A stretch of DNA of 64,000 nt from contig JASGHG010000001.1 in assembly GCA_047602425.1 (NCBI GenBank), forward strand, positions 4,576,001 through 4,640,000. Direction: 5' to 3'. Positions 1 through 9,170 of this stretch are shown piece after piece. Positions within the stretch are counted from its first letter, which is position 1. Every line of letters starts with the position of its first letter. The notes beneath the pieces are model-generated. The model did not search any database. It had not been told where the DNA came from and saw only the letters and a program-made list of their open reading frames with translations. Origin of the DNA: Nibricoccus sp. GTDB lineage: Bacteria; Verrucomicrobiota; Verrucomicrobiia; Opitutales; Opitutaceae. Position numbers and translations under genes: made by a program.

Positions 1-1
1 T

Positions 2-607
2 CTTTTCGAGGTCGAAGTCACCGAGATCGCCGACGGCACCGTCAAGATTGAGGCCTTCGCCCGCGAACCAGGCTACCGCACCAAGATTGCCGTCACGACG
101 ACCGACCCGAAGGTCGATCCGGTCGGCGCTTGCGTCGGCGCCCGCGGCGCCCGCGTCAAGACGATCGTCCGTGAGCTCAATGGCGAGAAGATCGATATCA
201 TAAACCACTTCTCTGATCCAAAGCAAATGGTGGTCGAGGCTCTCAAGCCCGCCATCCCGCGCGAGATCCTCATCGACGAAAAGAACCACCGCATCCTTCT
301 CAAGGTCGATTCGGAGAACCTCGCCATCGCGATCGGACGCAAAGGCCAGAACGCGCGTCTGACTTCGCGCCTCATCGGCTGGCGTCTCGATATCGAGGAA
401 TTCAGGGCCGCTACCAGCGATCCGCGCGAAACCGCCATCCAGACTCTGGTCAAATCCCTCGAAATCGATCGCGGCATCGCCGAACGCCTGGTTGGCATCG
501 GCATGAACTCCGTGTCCGTCCTCGAAACCGTTGAAGCGGCCGATCTCACCGAGGCGGGATTCTCCGAAGAAGAGGTCAGCAAGATCATGGCCCGCGTGGC
601 CAAATAA
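2..607 (+). CDS. nusA: Transcription termination/antitermination factor NusA, 5'-truncated by the window edge
   Basis: Frame is open from nt 2 ([31 protein letters not shown]...[11 protein letters not shown]); KH motif [11 protein letters not shown]; directly upstream of infB. Confidence 0.97.
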   Translation, partial: LFEVEVTEIADGTVKIEAFAREPGYRTKIAVTTTDPKVDPVGACVGARGARVKTIVRELNGEKIDIINHFSDPKQMVVEALKPAIPREILIDEKNHRILLKVDSENLAIAIGRKGQNARLTSRLIGWRLDIEEFRAATSDPRETAIQTLVKSLEIDRGIAERLVGIGMNSVSVLETVEAADLTEAGFSEEEVSKIMARVAK

Positions 608-655
608 CGCTTCAACCGCCGAACCTATCCGCAGCACCAACATCGCAAAGACTGA

Positions 656-3178
656 ATGAGCATCCGCATCCACGAACTCGCCAAGAAGATCGGTATGGAC
701 AACAAGAAGTTGTTGGCCCTGCTGAAGGAGCGCAATTTTGCCGTTAAAAGCGTCTCCAGCACGATCGACCCGATCTCGGCCGAGGCGCTGACGCAAGAGT
801 TCGCCAGTCAAAGCCAGCCGGCACCTGCGGCGGAAGCGGTCTCCTCTCCGGCGCCTGCTGCCGCCAAAATCACTCCGACTCCCGAAGCGCCGCCAACTTT
901 CAAAACCACTTTGCCGTCAGGCCCGATGGTTAAGAGTGCGGCCGATATCGTACGCGAAAAGGAAGAAGCGGCCAAAGCCGCCGCAGCAGCGAAGGCCGCT
1001 GCCGCTCCCGCGTCCGCTCCAGCGCCTGTGGTCATCCCGTCGCGTCCAGCGGCTCCGGCTCCAGCCCGGCCCATCTCGGCGCCGCCGCCCCTGCCGGTCG
1101 CAAGCCGTCCATCACCCGTGGCCCCGCCGCCAGTCCGCCCATTACCTACGGCTCCTGTTTCGGCTCCGCGTCCGCCCGCACCTGTTTCCGCGCCGCCGCT
1201 GGTACCGCGCGCCCCTGTTTCGGCTCCGGCTCCTGCGCCGGCACCCGTCGCAAAGGCCCCGGTGGCTCCGCCGCCCGTGCCGGCCCGTGCCGCCCCGGCT
1301 GCTCCGGCACATGTTTCGGCGCCCGCCGCCGTGCCGGCCATTCCATCCGCCGCTGTGACAACCGCCCCAGTGGTCACGGTCGAGGGCGACGTCAAGATTA
1401 TCCATTTGAAACCGCCAATTGTGGTGCGTGATTTTGCCACCGCCCTTGGCATGAAGCCGTTCAAACTCATCTCCGAACTGATGGAGATGGGCATTTTCGC
1501 CTCGATGAATCAGAACATCGAGGAGAATGTCGCCAATAAGGTCGCCGAGAAACACGGTTTCCTCCTCGAAATCAAACACCGTGGCGATGCTGCTGCCCAA
1601 CAAGCCGCTGCCGCCAAGGAGAAGGAAAAGAAGAAGCCCGAGGAAGATGAAGCGAAAAACCTCGCGCCGCGTCCTCCGGTCGCCTGCATCCTCGGTCACG
1701 TTGACCACGGAAAAACTTCGCTTCTTGATGCGATCCGCAAGGCCAATGTCGCTGCGGGCGAGGCCGGCGGTATTACCCAGCATATCGGTGCTTACCAAGT
1801 TGAGGCCAATAGTCGCAAAATCACCTTCCTCGATACCCCGGGTCACGCCGCATTCAACAAAATGCGTGCCCGTGGCGCGAGCCTCACCGACATCGCAATT
1901 CTCGTGGTTGCGGCTGACGACGGTTTCATGCCGCAGACCGATGAGGCATTGAAGCATATTCAAAACGCCAAGGTCGCGCTGATCGTCGCCGTCAATAAGA
2001 TGGACGTTAAAGGCGCGAATCTCGACCAGGTGAAAGCGCAGATGCAGCAGCGCAACATTGCGCCCGAAGACTGGGGTGGCGAGACCATCGTGGTTCCCGT
2101 TTCCGCGATCAAGGGCACTGGTATTCCCGAACTACTGGAAATGATCCTTCTGCAGGCCGACGTCATGGAGTTGAAAGCCAACCCCAAAGCCGAAGCCAGC
2201 GGTATTATCATCGAATCGCAGATCGAGGTCGGACGCGGCCCGCTCGCGACCGTCATCGTGCAACGCGGCACACTCAAAGTCGGTGACGCGCTCATTTGCG
2301 GCGCCAACTGGTGCAAAGTTCGCGCGATGTTCGACGACAAGGGCAACAACGTCAAAGAGGCCACGCCCGCAACACCGGTGCGTGTCATCGGTTGGTCCGG
2401 CACGCCTGACAGCGGCGCCACTTTCAAAGCGGTCAAAAACGCCCGCGAGGCCGAAAACCTTGCGGAGGAAGAGCAGCAACGCCTCAAAAAAGAGGCCGCC
2501 ACCACGGCCGCCGCTCCCAAGGAAGTTTCGGTCGAAAGTCTTTTCGCCAACATCGCCGCCACGACCCAGAAGGTTCTCAAGGTCATCATCAAGACCGACG
2601 TGTTCGGATCGGCGGAAGCCGTACGCTCCGTGCTCGAGGGCATCAAGAGCACCAAGGTCTCCCTCGAAATCGTTTCAACCGATGTCGGCCTGGTCACGAA
2701 GAACGACGTTCTTATGGCGGGAGCGGCTGGTTCGGTGATTATCGGTTTCAACACCAAGCTCGAAAATGGCGTCACGCCGCTGGCGAAACATCATAATGTG
2801 CGCATTGAGACGTTCGACATCATCTACGAGTTGGGCGACAAGGTTCGCGAGATGATGGCCGACCTGCTCGATCCCGATCTCAAGGAAGTCAAACTCGGCG
2901 GCGCCGAGGTGCGCGCCACGTTCCCGCTGGCAAAGGGTTTTGTCGCCGGCTGTCTCGTCACCGAGGGCAAGGTTACCCGCAACTCGTCGGCCCGCGTCCG
3001 TCGCGGCAAGGAAGTTCTTTACGAGGGCAAGGTCGCCACGCTCAAACGTTTCAAGGACGACGCCAACGAAGTGCGCGCCGGACTCGAATGCGGTATCAAG
3101 CTTGACGACTTCAACGGCTACGAGGTTGGTGACGTCATCGAATCTTTCGAAATTCAGAAGGTCAGGGCTGCTCTGTAA
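656..3178 (+). CDS. infB: Translation initiation factor IF-2
   Basis: IRIHELAK N-terminus; [13 protein letters not shown] and NKMD G-motifs; C-terminal [11 protein letters not shown]...ECGI. Confidence 0.99.
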   Translation: MSIRIHELAKKIGMDNKKLLALLKERNFAVKSVSSTIDPISAEALTQEFASQSQPAPAAEAVSSPAPAAAKITPTPEAPPTFKTTLPSGPMVKSAADIVREKEEAAKAAAAAKAAAAPASAPAPVVIPSRPAAPAPARPISAPPPLPVASRPSPVAPPPVRPLPTAPVSAPRPPAPVSAPPLVPRAPVSAPAPAPAPVAKAPVAPPPVPARAAPAAPAHVSAPAAVPAIPSAAVTTAPVVTVEGDVKIIHLKPPIVVRDFATALGMKPFKLISELMEMGIFASMNQNIEENVANKVAEKHGFLLEIKHRGDAAAQQAAAAKEKEKKKPEEDEAKNLAPRPPVACILGHVDHGKTSLLDAIRKANVAAGEAGGITQHIGAYQVEANSRKITFLDTPGHAAFNKMRARGASLTDIAILVVAADDGFMPQTDEALKHIQNAKVALIVAVNKMDVKGANLDQVKAQMQQRNIAPEDWGGETIVVPVSAIKGTGIPELLEMILLQADVMELKANPKAEASGIIIESQIEVGRGPLATVIVQRGTLKVGDALICGANWCKVRAMFDDKGNNVKEATPATPVRVIGWSGTPDSGATFKAVKNAREAENLAEEEQQRLKKEAATTAAAPKEVSVESLFANIAATTQKVLKVIIKTDVFGSAEAVRSVLEGIKSTKVSLEIVSTDVGLVTKNDVLMAGAAGSVIIGFNTKLENGVTPLAKHHNVRIETFDIIYELGDKVREMMADLLDPDLKEVKLGGAEVRATFPLAKGFVAGCLVTEGKVTRNSSARVRRGKEVLYEGKVATLKRFKDDANEVRAGLECGIKLDDFNGYEVGDVIESFEIQKVRAAL
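1154..1228 (+). repeat. Three near-identical 15-nt copies (PVSAP) in the Pro/Ala-rich IF-2 linker
   Basis: cctgtttcggctccg at 1154 and 1214; cctgtttccgcgccg at 1181. Confidence 0.7.
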
Positions 3179-3181
3179 TGT

Positions 3182-3228
3182 TTTGGTTCAGGATGTGAGG
3201 CGCCACAGGCTTCACGTCCTTGATTAAA
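3182..3228 (+). other. Intergenic RNA hairpin between infB and rbfA
   Basis: aggatgtgaggc pairs with gcttcacgtcct (12 bp, two G-U) and extends into tttggtt/gattaaa; no U tract. Confidence 0.55.
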
Positions 3229-3253
3229 GTAATTCCTCCAACGTTCCGCTCCC

Positions 3254-3655
3254 ATGTCCAATCGCACCATTCGCGTCAATGAGCTGATTCAACGCGAGCT
3301 GAGCGACATTCTGCACCGTCGCTATCAGAGCGAGGCGGTGGCGCTAACCATCACCGAGATCCGAGTGGCTCCTGACCTGCGTGACGCCCGGATTTTCGTT
3401 TCGATTTTCGGCAACGACGATTTTGTGGAGAAAAAACTCCGTTGGTTCCGCGCCATACTTCCGGATCTGCGCCTCGAACTGGGCCGCCGCATCGTGCTCA
3501 AGTTCATGCCGCGCTTCACGGTGGCGCTCGACAAATCCACGGCTCGCGGCAATCGCATCCTCGCGGCATTGGACGAGCTTGGCCCCGTCGAAACGACCGA
3601 GGACGCCGGGGAAAACGAATCATCTAGTACCGACAAGGAGAGCGGCAAGGACTGA
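3254..3655 (+). CDS. rbfA: Ribosome-binding factor A
   Basis: RVNELIQRELS, TITEIRVAPDLRDARIFVS, LKFMPRFTVALD; follows infB. Confidence 0.96.
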   Translation: MSNRTIRVNELIQRELSDILHRRYQSEAVALTITEIRVAPDLRDARIFVSIFGNDDFVEKKLRWFRAILPDLRLELGRRIVLKFMPRFTVALDKSTARGNRILAALDELGPVETTEDAGENESSSTDKESGKD

Positions 3656-3657
3656 TC

Positions 3658-4662
3658 ATGGACAAGTTTTTTCCCGAACTTTCCAAACGCTTCGCCAACC
3701 TGCTTCCCAATCTGGCAGGGAAAAAAATCGTGGTCATCGGGCACGCCCGTCCTGATGGCGATTGCATCGGTTCGCAAGTGGCGTTGGCCCGCGTGTTGCG
3801 CGCGCTTGGCCACGACGTCGTTTGCGTAAATCCCGACAAGGTTCCGCGTCGTCTCCAATTTTTAACTACAGACATGACCTTCCTGCGGGCCGATGAAGTG
3901 CCGGCGGGGGAATATTTGTCGATTTACTCCGATTGTGCCGATCAAGACCGCGCCGGAGAAAAAGTGAAAGCGCGTTTCCCGCGTGCCTACGTTAGCGTCG
4001 ATCATCATATTTCGAACACAGGTTTCGGCGCGGAAAACTTTGTCGATGTCGCATCGGCCGCCACCTGCGAGATCTTGGCTGGCATTTTTCTCGACAACAA
4101 ATTGCCGATCGATGCCCGGACCGCGCAAGCTCTGTTCGTTGGCATCATGACCGATACCGGCCAGTTCCGCTTCAATTCCACCACGCGCCGTACGTTTATG
4201 CTCGCCGCGGAGCTCGTCGAACTTGGCGCGAATCCCGCGGATGCCGGTGGCGAAATTTACGAGCGTGAATCGGCGGGCAAACTCCAGCTCGTGCAGCGTT
4301 TTCTCTCCTCGTTCAAAATGGAATGTGGCGGTCGCGTCTGCATTGGTATCTTGCCCGACGGCGTTTTTGCGGAGACCGACACTTCTCCGGAAGATACCGA
4401 AGGACTGGTCGATTACGCGCGGGCTATCGATGGTGTCGACATCGGCGTGCTCATTGAAGAACGCCCGGGTGTGATCAAGGCGAGTTTGCGGAGCAAGGAC
4501 CCACTTTACCGCGTTGACCAAGTGGCCGCGCAGTTCAACGGCGGCGGCCACGCCTGTGCGGCGGGGCTCAATATGAAAAATATCACGCTGGCGGAGTTTC
4601 GCCCGCGTTTGATCGCCGCCCTCGAGGCGCAGATTGCCCGGGTTTCCGAACCAAACGACTGA
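3658..4662 (+). CDS. nrnA: DHH/DHHA1 phosphoesterase (NrnA-like oligoribonuclease/PAP phosphatase)
   Basis: [38 protein letters not shown]. Confidence 0.9.
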   Translation: MDKFFPELSKRFANLLPNLAGKKIVVIGHARPDGDCIGSQVALARVLRALGHDVVCVNPDKVPRRLQFLTTDMTFLRADEVPAGEYLSIYSDCADQDRAGEKVKARFPRAYVSVDHHISNTGFGAENFVDVASAATCEILAGIFLDNKLPIDARTAQALFVGIMTDTGQFRFNSTTRRTFMLAAELVELGANPADAGGEIYERESAGKLQLVQRFLSSFKMECGGRVCIGILPDGVFAETDTSPEDTEGLVDYARAIDGVDIGVLIEERPGVIKASLRSKDPLYRVDQVAAQFNGGGHACAAGLNMKNITLAEFRPRLIAALEAQIARVSEPND

Positions 4663-5387
4663 TGGTAATACCGCCCAAAGAACTTGATGGGGTGTTGCTG
4701 GTGGACAAACCCACCGACCACACCTCCCACGACGTCATCGCCCGCCTTCGAGGCAAATTGAAGATGAAGCGCATCGGACATGCCGGTACGCTCGATCCCA
4801 TGGCAACCGGAGTATTGGTGGTCCTCGTGGGCAAGGCCACACGCGCTTCTCAATACCTCATGAGCCTGGACAAGGAGTACACCGGTACGATCAAGCTCGG
4901 GCAGGTGACCAACACCCAGGACGCCGAGGGCGAGGTGCTCGAAACGCGGCCTGTTCCGGCGCTCACGGACGATCAAGTGCGCGCGGCGATGAAAGGTTTT
5001 GTCGGCGACCAGTATCAAACGCCGCCGATGTTTTCCGCGGTGAAAATTGATGGTGTGCCTCTCTACAAGATGGCTCGCAAAGGCGAGGAGATCGAACGTG
5101 AGCCGCGCTTCGTGCGCATCGCGAGCTTTGACGCGCCGCGCATCGCGCTGCCCGAAATCGATTTTGTCATGCGCTGCAGCAAGGGCACCTATGTCCGCAC
5201 GGTGGCGCACGATTTGGGTGCAAAGCTTGGTTGCGGTGGCCACCTTTCCGCGTTGCGTCGCACGGCCACCGGGAAATTTGTCGTTTCGCAATGCCTGACG
5301 CTCGACGCGATTCAGGCACTATCGCTGCCGGAAATTGAGAAACGACTTGTGCCGGTGCACGAGGCGGTGCCCAGTTTTGCGTTGTGA
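4662..5387 (+). CDS. truB: tRNA pseudouridine(55) synthase
   Basis: [45 protein letters not shown]. Confidence 0.98.
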   Translation: MVIPPKELDGVLLVDKPTDHTSHDVIARLRGKLKMKRIGHAGTLDPMATGVLVVLVGKATRASQYLMSLDKEYTGTIKLGQVTNTQDAEGEVLETRPVPALTDDQVRAAMKGFVGDQYQTPPMFSAVKIDGVPLYKMARKGEEIEREPRFVRIASFDAPRIALPEIDFVMRCSKGTYVRTVAHDLGAKLGCGGHLSALRRTATGKFVVSQCLTLDAIQALSLPEIEKRLVPVHEAVPSFAL

Positions 5388-6334
5388 ACGATAAATTCCA
5401 GTTGTTCGACGGACTCGAAAACGTGGATTTCCCGTCGCGTCCGTTGCATCTGGCGATTGGTATGTTCGACGGTGTCCATCTCGGCCATCGCGCGGTGATC
5501 GACGCGGCGGTGCAGTCTGCCCGGCGCTCCGGCGGACTCGCCGCGGTGCTAACCTTTTGGCCACACCCAAGCTCCGTTATGCGCCCTGACAGAGCCACGA
5601 AACTCATCATCAGCCCGGAGACCAAGGCGCATCTTCTCGCCGCTGCGGGAGTCGATGCGGTCATCTCGCAACGTTTCACGCCGGAATTTGCGCAGATCGA
5701 AGCGGAGTTTTTCCTGCCGCATTTGAAGAAATTTCTTCCGCGACTGGACACGATTTATGTCGGTGAAAACTGGCGCTTTGGCCGTGGTCGTCGCGGTGAT
5801 TTGGCGCTCTTGCTGGCCGAAGCCCGCAAATACGGCCTGACTGTTTTCAGTTCATCGCGCGTGCAGGAAAACGGCGAACCGATCAGTAGCACACGAGTGC
5901 GCGGTTGCTTGGAAGAAGGGCGAATTGAGGAAGCCAACTCGCTGCTCGGGTACACGTATTTTGCGGAAGGCCGTGTCCAGGCGGGTAAAAATCTTGGTCA
6001 GAAACTTGGTTTTCCGACGCTCAATCTCCCATGGGAGCCGGAACTGCGGCCGCAATTCGGCGTTTATGCGGTGCGTGTGACCGGCCCCAAGTCACCGCGC
6101 AGCCACGCCGGGGTGGCAAATTACGGTTTGCGTCCGACCGTGGAGCAAAGCGGACAACCCCGTTTGGAGGTGCATCTTTTCGGCTTATGCCCGTTCGACC
6201 ACGGGGACGAAATCAAGGTCGAGTGGCTTCGCTTTTTGCGGTCAGAGAAAAAGTTCGGAAGCATTGATGCCCTGAAGGCGCAAATCGCGGAAGACACGGC
6301 ATCGGCGAAGAAATTTTTCTCGGGGGAAGACTGA
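5384..6334 (+). CDS. ribF: Bifunctional riboflavin kinase/FAD synthetase
   Basis: [36 protein letters not shown]. Confidence 0.97.
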   Translation: MNDKFQLFDGLENVDFPSRPLHLAIGMFDGVHLGHRAVIDAAVQSARRSGGLAAVLTFWPHPSSVMRPDRATKLIISPETKAHLLAAAGVDAVISQRFTPEFAQIEAEFFLPHLKKFLPRLDTIYVGENWRFGRGRRGDLALLLAEARKYGLTVFSSSRVQENGEPISSTRVRGCLEEGRIEEANSLLGYTYFAEGRVQAGKNLGQKLGFPTLNLPWEPELRPQFGVYAVRVTGPKSPRSHAGVANYGLRPTVEQSGQPRLEVHLFGLCPFDHGDEIKVEWLRFLRSEKKFGSIDALKAQIAEDTASAKKFFSGED

Positions 6335-6390
6335 GATTTTTACTTGCGCACTACCGCCCGAGTCGTGCTTACTCCACGACTCTCAAATTT

Positions 6391-6467
6391 GGACCCTTAG
6401 CTCAGTTGGTTAGAGCGTTTCCTTGACATGGAAGAGGTCACTGGTTCGAGTCCAGTAGGGTCCACCA
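6391..6467 (+). tRNA. tRNA-Val (anticodon GAC)
   Basis: Acceptor stem GGACCCT/AGGGTCC, D-arm TAGCTCAGTTGGTTAGAGC, anticodon loop TT-GAC-AT, T-loop GTTCGAGTC, encoded CCA. Confidence 0.98.
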
Positions 6468-6475
6468 TTCTGGCT

Positions 6476-6510
6476 AAGCCGCTACAACATAATAGGTAGC
6501 GGCTTTTTTT
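6476..6510 (+). terminator. Rho-independent terminator after tRNA-Val
   Basis: aagccgctac / gtagcggctt stem followed by a T run. Confidence 0.85.
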
Positions 6511-6575
6511 GTGCCCGGAAAAGGAAAGCGCGCTTTGGTCTGTCGTTTCTTGCGGGCGAAACTGGTTGCGTGAAA

Positions 6576-7832
6576 TTAGGGGCCGGCTTGTTCGAGAAGA
6601 TAGGCGCGAAGTGCGGGATCGTCGGTGAGGCTCGCGGTCCGCTCGAAGGCATTGCGAGCTTCGGTGTGCTGGCCGAGTCGGCGCAACAAGTGGGCGCGGG
6701 CGGCCCACCAGGGTTGGTAGTTTGCGGTATGAGTTGGAGAAATCGCGCTAAGTGCGGCCATGCCGGCGGCGACATCGCCGGTTTCCGCGAGCGCAACGGC
6801 GCGACCCACTTGGGAACCGATAGTAGGCACGAGGTGGACGAGGCCTTCGTAGAGCAGTGCGATTTCTTTCCAATCGATCAGGCCAGTCGTCGCGCGGTGC
6901 GCGTGGATCGATTGAATGGCGGCTTCAAGCTGATAGCGTCCCTGATGTTTGAACGACGATGCCTTACGCAAATGTTCTTCTGCCTCGCCGATCAACGGAC
7001 GCGACCAGCGGGCGGTGTCTTGTTGGTCGAGCGGCACGAAGCGCGCCTGAGCGACGGAGCCAGCGGCTTTGTTTTCGCCAGGGTCGCGGCGGGCCGGGCG
7101 GCGTGCTTCGCAGTGCAACATCAGCGCCAGCAAACCGAGGGCCTCGGGTTCATTGGGGACGAGTTCGACGAGCGTGCGTCCGAGTGCGACGGCTTCGCGG
7201 GCAAGGGCGTGAAGGGTCGAACCATCGTCAATCAGGCATTCCCAACCGGCGGTGTAAGCGGAATAAATGGCACCGAGCACGAAGGACGTGCGTTCGGTCC
7301 ATTCCGTCGGATCGGGCACGCGAAACGGAATACCGGCTTCGCGGATTTTGGTTTTTGCACGCACAAGCCGCTGTTCCATCGCTGAAGGTGAAACGAGAAA
7401 AGCTGACGCGATACGCGTCGCGTCGAGTCCGAGCACCGTCTGCAACATGAGCGGTGTGCGCACGGCGATGTCGATTGCCGGATGGGCGCAGACAAAGAGA
7501 AGTTTTAACCGCTCATCTGGAAAGATCGGTTCCATCGTCGCGACGTCTTCCGCTTCAGCGGCAAGTTGGAGGAATGGTTCGGCTTTTTTTCGTACTTGGC
7601 CATGACGCGCGGCGTCGATCAGGCGATTTCGCGCTGTGTGCAGCAGCCAGGCCTCGGGTTTTGCCGGAACGCCGTCCATCGGCCAACGGCGTAGCGCGGC
7701 GCCGAAAGCTTCGCTAAGCGCGTCTTCGGCGCCTGCAATATCGCCCGAACGCGCGGCGAGATAGGCGACGAGCCGTCCATAGGAATTGCGCGCGACGGCT
7801 TCGATGGCGGCGTGCGTGGCGGAGTCGCTCAT
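6576..7832 (-). CDS. ECF sigma factor with TPR-like C-terminal extension (ECF42-type, DUF6596)
   Basis: AEDALSEAF, PEAWLLHTARNRLID, DERLKLLFVCAHPA, QRLVRAK, LDQQDTARW, GRYQLEAAI; adjacent to a YciI gene. Confidence 0.92.
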   Translation of the reverse strand: MSDSATHAAIEAVARNSYGRLVAYLAARSGDIAGAEDALSEAFGAALRRWPMDGVPAKPEAWLLHTARNRLIDAARHGQVRKKAEPFLQLAAEAEDVATMEPIFPDERLKLLFVCAHPAIDIAVRTPLMLQTVLGLDATRIASAFLVSPSAMEQRLVRAKTKIREAGIPFRVPDPTEWTERTSFVLGAIYSAYTAGWECLIDDGSTLHALAREAVALGRTLVELVPNEPEALGLLALMLHCEARRPARRDPGENKAAGSVAQARFVPLDQQDTARWSRPLIGEAEEHLRKASSFKHQGRYQLEAAIQSIHAHRATTGLIDWKEIALLYEGLVHLVPTIGSQVGRAVALAETGDVAAGMAALSAISPTHTANYQPWWAARAHLLRRLGQHTEARNAFERTASLTDDPALRAYLLEQAGP

Positions 7833-7838
7833 CGCGCG

Positions 7839-8201
7839 CTACTTGACGGCGCCGGTGGCGAAATAGGAACCACCGAGCGGCCGCACCTCGACCGCCGTGT
7901 GTGCCGCCGATGGGTTACGCGCGGCCCATTCCAGCGCGATATCGAGATTGGGCACATCAATCACGACGAAGCCGGCGAGGAACTCCTTCGTTTCGGCATA
8001 TGGGCCGTCTTGAACGTGTCGCTTTCCGTCGCGCACGGAAACGGTGGTGGTGTTCTGCGGCGATTCCAGTCCCGCGCCGGCAACGAAAATGCCTGCGGCT
8101 CGCAATGCCTCGCCATAAGCGCGACCCGCGGCGACGTCGGCCGGATTCTTCGGCGGGTCAAAGGATTCTTTGGAAAGGTGGGTGAGAAGAATGTATTTCA
8201 T
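7839..8201 (-). CDS. YciI/DGPF-family protein
   Basis: DGPYAETKEFLAGF and VEVRP motifs. Confidence 0.93.
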   Translation of the reverse strand: MKYILLTHLSKESFDPPKNPADVAAGRAYGEALRAAGIFVAGAGLESPQNTTTVSVRDGKRHVQDGPYAETKEFLAGFVVIDVPNLDIALEWAARNPSAAHTAVEVRPLGGSYFATGAVK

Positions 8202-8225
8202 GAAGTCGTAGACGGTAGATGATGG

Positions 8226-8798
8226 TTAGACTCGGAGCGAGCTACGGAAGCCCCGCCCGCTGTAGTAAGATTCAGCGCCGTTATGATAGACGAAAACGCG
8301 TCCGAAGCGTCGGTCGCCAAAGATGGCGCCTCCGAGTTTTCGAACCTCGTCGGGTGCCTTCAGCCAGCTCGACGACTTGGTATCGAAAGCGCCGAGTTTT
8401 TGCAGCGCGTGATATTGTTCCTCGGTCAAAAGTTCGACACCCATCGCCGACGCCATATCCATGGCGCTGTTTTTTGGCTTATGTTCTTTCCGGGAATCGA
8501 GGGCTTCGCGGTCGTAGCAAAGACTGGTCCGCCCCTTGGGGCTTTCGGGCGAACAATCGACAAAGATGTATTCACCCGTCTTTTGATCGTGGCCGATGAC
8601 ATCTGGTTCGCCACCGGTATTTTCCATTTCAGCCAGTGACCAAAGTTTCTCGGCATCGCCTTCCAGCCGGACTTTTACCTTGGACCATTCAAGGCCTTCG
8701 TGACGCTTCGTGTTTTTCTCGAAGCGGGCCTTCAGTATTCCGAGCAGTTCTTCGCGCTGTTCGGAGGATAGTGTTTTTTTAGTTTTAGCGGTTTTCAT
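8226..8798 (-). CDS. DUF4256 family protein
   Basis: LKARFEKN, MENTGGEPDV, DCSPESPKGR, GGAIFGDRRFGRVFVYHNGAESYY; start placed at MKTAK (8798). Confidence 0.88.
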   Translation of the reverse strand: MKTAKTKKTLSSEQREELLGILKARFEKNTKRHEGLEWSKVKVRLEGDAEKLWSLAEMENTGGEPDVIGHDQKTGEYIFVDCSPESPKGRTSLCYDREALDSRKEHKPKNSAMDMASAMGVELLTEEQYHALQKLGAFDTKSSSWLKAPDEVRKLGGAIFGDRRFGRVFVYHNGAESYYSGRGFRSSLRV

Positions 8799-8809
8799 CG
8801 GGGCGTTTT

Positions 8810-9034
8810 TTAAGGGTGGTTTTTTTGAGAAGTGGCTTTCGAAACCAGACGTCGAAGGGCATGGCCCTTCCACATCCAAAGCCCCGAAAGGACAATGAGG
8901 GGAACGAAGATAAACCGAACAACGGGAGCGTAATTTGGAATTTCTTCAAACGGACTATAAATATATCCGACGACGGGAACGCTGGAGACAATATGCAGCC
9001 AGCGCTGTACTAAACGTTGAGTGGTATCATTCAT
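8810..9034 (-). CDS. Small two-TM membrane protein, first gene of the ECF42 operon
   Basis: 74 aa; hydrophobic RWLHIVSSVPVVGYIYSP and VVRFIFVPLIVLSGLWMW; tight spacing to DUF4256 gene. Confidence 0.75.
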   Translation of the reverse strand: MNDTTQRLVQRWLHIVSSVPVVGYIYSPFEEIPNYAPVVRFIFVPLIVLSGLWMWKGHALRRLVSKATSQKNHP

Positions 9035-9078
9035 GAGGAGTGTTTGGGATCGCGAGGTATTCGCAGCTTCACCTCAAT

Positions 9079-9105
9079 GACGGGTGAGCGGGTGCCATTC
9101 CGACA
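9079..9105 (-). promoter_or_regulatory. ECF42-type promoter (TGTCGG-N17-CGTC)
   Basis: Minus strand TGTCGG aatggcacccgctcacc CGTC with an upstream A-tract, about 45 nt before ATG 9034; resembles the ECF42 consensus TGTCGA...CGTC. Confidence 0.7.
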
Positions 9106-9170
9106 TTTCCGCGAATTTTTTTTCGACCGAAAAAGCGGTGAAACAGGCCGTCTTTAAGCGGAGCGCGGGC

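Noticed and set aside
6360..6382. 8-bp inverted repeat gagtcgtg/cacgactc upstream of the tRNA
   Set aside because: Short, no U tract, no supportable function
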